From positions 178,870,001-178,934,000 of the forward strand of contig OX597816.1 in NCBI GenBank assembly GCA_951406725.2: 64,000 bases of DNA, read 5' to 3'. Source of the DNA: Octopus vulgaris (Eukaryota). The notes under the pieces were generated by a model that was not told the DNA's origin, searched no databases, and saw only the letters and a program-made list of their open reading frames with translations. The number at the start of each line of letters is the position of its first letter. Within the stretch, counting starts at the first letter, position 1. Both the position numbers and the translations under genes were made by a program. This document shows, piece after piece, positions 62,881 through 64,000 of this stretch.

Positions 62881-64000
62881 CGGTCAGAGAGGTACGCTGT
62901 TCAGGCCAGTCACGCAGACGACGACGAAGGGACGTCATCATAATGTGGGACCATATCACATATCTATCATCATGCCCCACTTACTAAATCCTCTGTGTAC
63001 CTCTCTATCACCCTCTCCACTGTTCCTAAACCTTGCACATCATCCCACCACATTCCAATCTATTCTCCTTCCGCAGTCACTCCTATATCTTTCACCTGAC
63101 TCCTCTCCACACAGCTATTCCTTTTCAAAAGCACTTCCACCCTTGTCTATCACACACTATATTCACCTCCACTTGTCTTCTGTTGCTCTTCTCTCCCCAT
63201 AGCAACTGTTTGCATCCTCTCCTATGCTCATGTATCTGCTCTATAGTAAAACACCTGCCCTTGTTCCTTTATTTAGCCTTTCAACAACTGGCATAAAGCC
63301 ATCCACTTCCACCTTCCCCACCCGAATAGTCCCCTTAGTAGTGGGAGTTTTTTTCTTTTTCCCCATTCTTTTTCTGTTAAAAAAAAAAAGAAGGAAAGAG
63401 TACCCACCCATAGAAACCATACCAAATCTGAGACTGGAGCTGAATGCAACTTTGCAGTGTGACAGATTCAGTCAAACATCCAACCCAAAATGGACCTCAA
63501 ACGATAATGATGGTGATGAGCCATACCTGTACTTATATTATGTTCTTTTAGCTCAGTGGTGCAGTTATTATACTTCCTTCACTGGGTCTTTCGGTTCAAG
63601 CCTTATCAATTTTTCTCTGATATGAAAATGAGAATGGAATAGAGTATATAACAATTTTTCTTTACCAATGTTCTCATACAGTAACAGAATAACATTGTCT
63701 TCAAATTTTGGCACAAGGTCGGGAATTTCCAGGAGGGGGTAAATTGGTTACATCAATCCCAGTACTCAACTGGTGCTTATTTTACCAACCCCAAGAAGAT
63801 GAAAGGCAAAGTTGACCTCAGCAGTATTTGAACTCAGAACATTAAAAGACAGATAAAATGTTGCTAAGCATTTTGCCCAACATGCTAACAATTCTACCAG
63901 CTCACTGCCTTACAGTAGCAGAGACATATTATATCTTCAATTTTTTCCATAGTTAGGAGTGTTTACTTCTCAACATAAAGTGAAAAAATAATAGTAGATA

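Larger units (their letters stand above)
58251..62958 (+). mobile_element. Miniature non-autonomous LTR element (TRIM-like) whose 3' LTR is interrupted
   Basis: 5' LTR 58251-58389 (TG..CA). PBS-like TGGCAAAGAGGAT at 58390. Non-coding internal region of about 640 bp. PPT AAAGTGGGGAGG at 59017-59028. 3' LTR at 59029-59101 plus 62881-62958. TSD CGTAT/CATAT (one CpG-type change). Confidence 0.8.

Overview
AT-rich, repeat-dense animal DNA. The SINE, RTE and Penelope content resembles Octopus or another coleoid cephalopod (inference from remembered repeat families, not a search). I reconstructed three intron-containing genes by hand from splice sites and reading frames. (1) The 5' part of an SLC37/GlpT-like MFS sugar-phosphate transporter on the minus strand (exons 9618-9514 and 2107-2015, continuing left of the window). 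(2) Head-to-head with it, a small plus-strand gene (coding exons 16870-16944, 21130-21276, 21983-22114, 28645-28695; 134 aa) encoding only an HDAC6-type ZnF-UBP ubiquitin-binding domain, with no deacetylase domain. (3) A minus-strand DUF1647-like type II membrane protein (exons 50349/50289-49879, 43220-43104, 38716-38180) with a probable long, repeat-free 3' UTR. The rest is tRNA-SINEs, RTE/RTE-X/HERO/Penelope LINE relics, Tc1/mariner/piggyBac/Helitron elements and several hammerhead-ribozyme-like motifs. The most striking structure is at 58251-62958: a miniature LTR element (LTR, PBS, internal region, PPT, LTR, with a 5-bp TSD). Its 3' LTR is split at a TCAGTCA initiator-like site by two divergent, head-to-tail, ORF1/Gag-only non-LTR elements, each bounded by CAGTCA. 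Their 3' tail is shared with a local SINE family. All family assignments come from motif recognition; no database searches were run.
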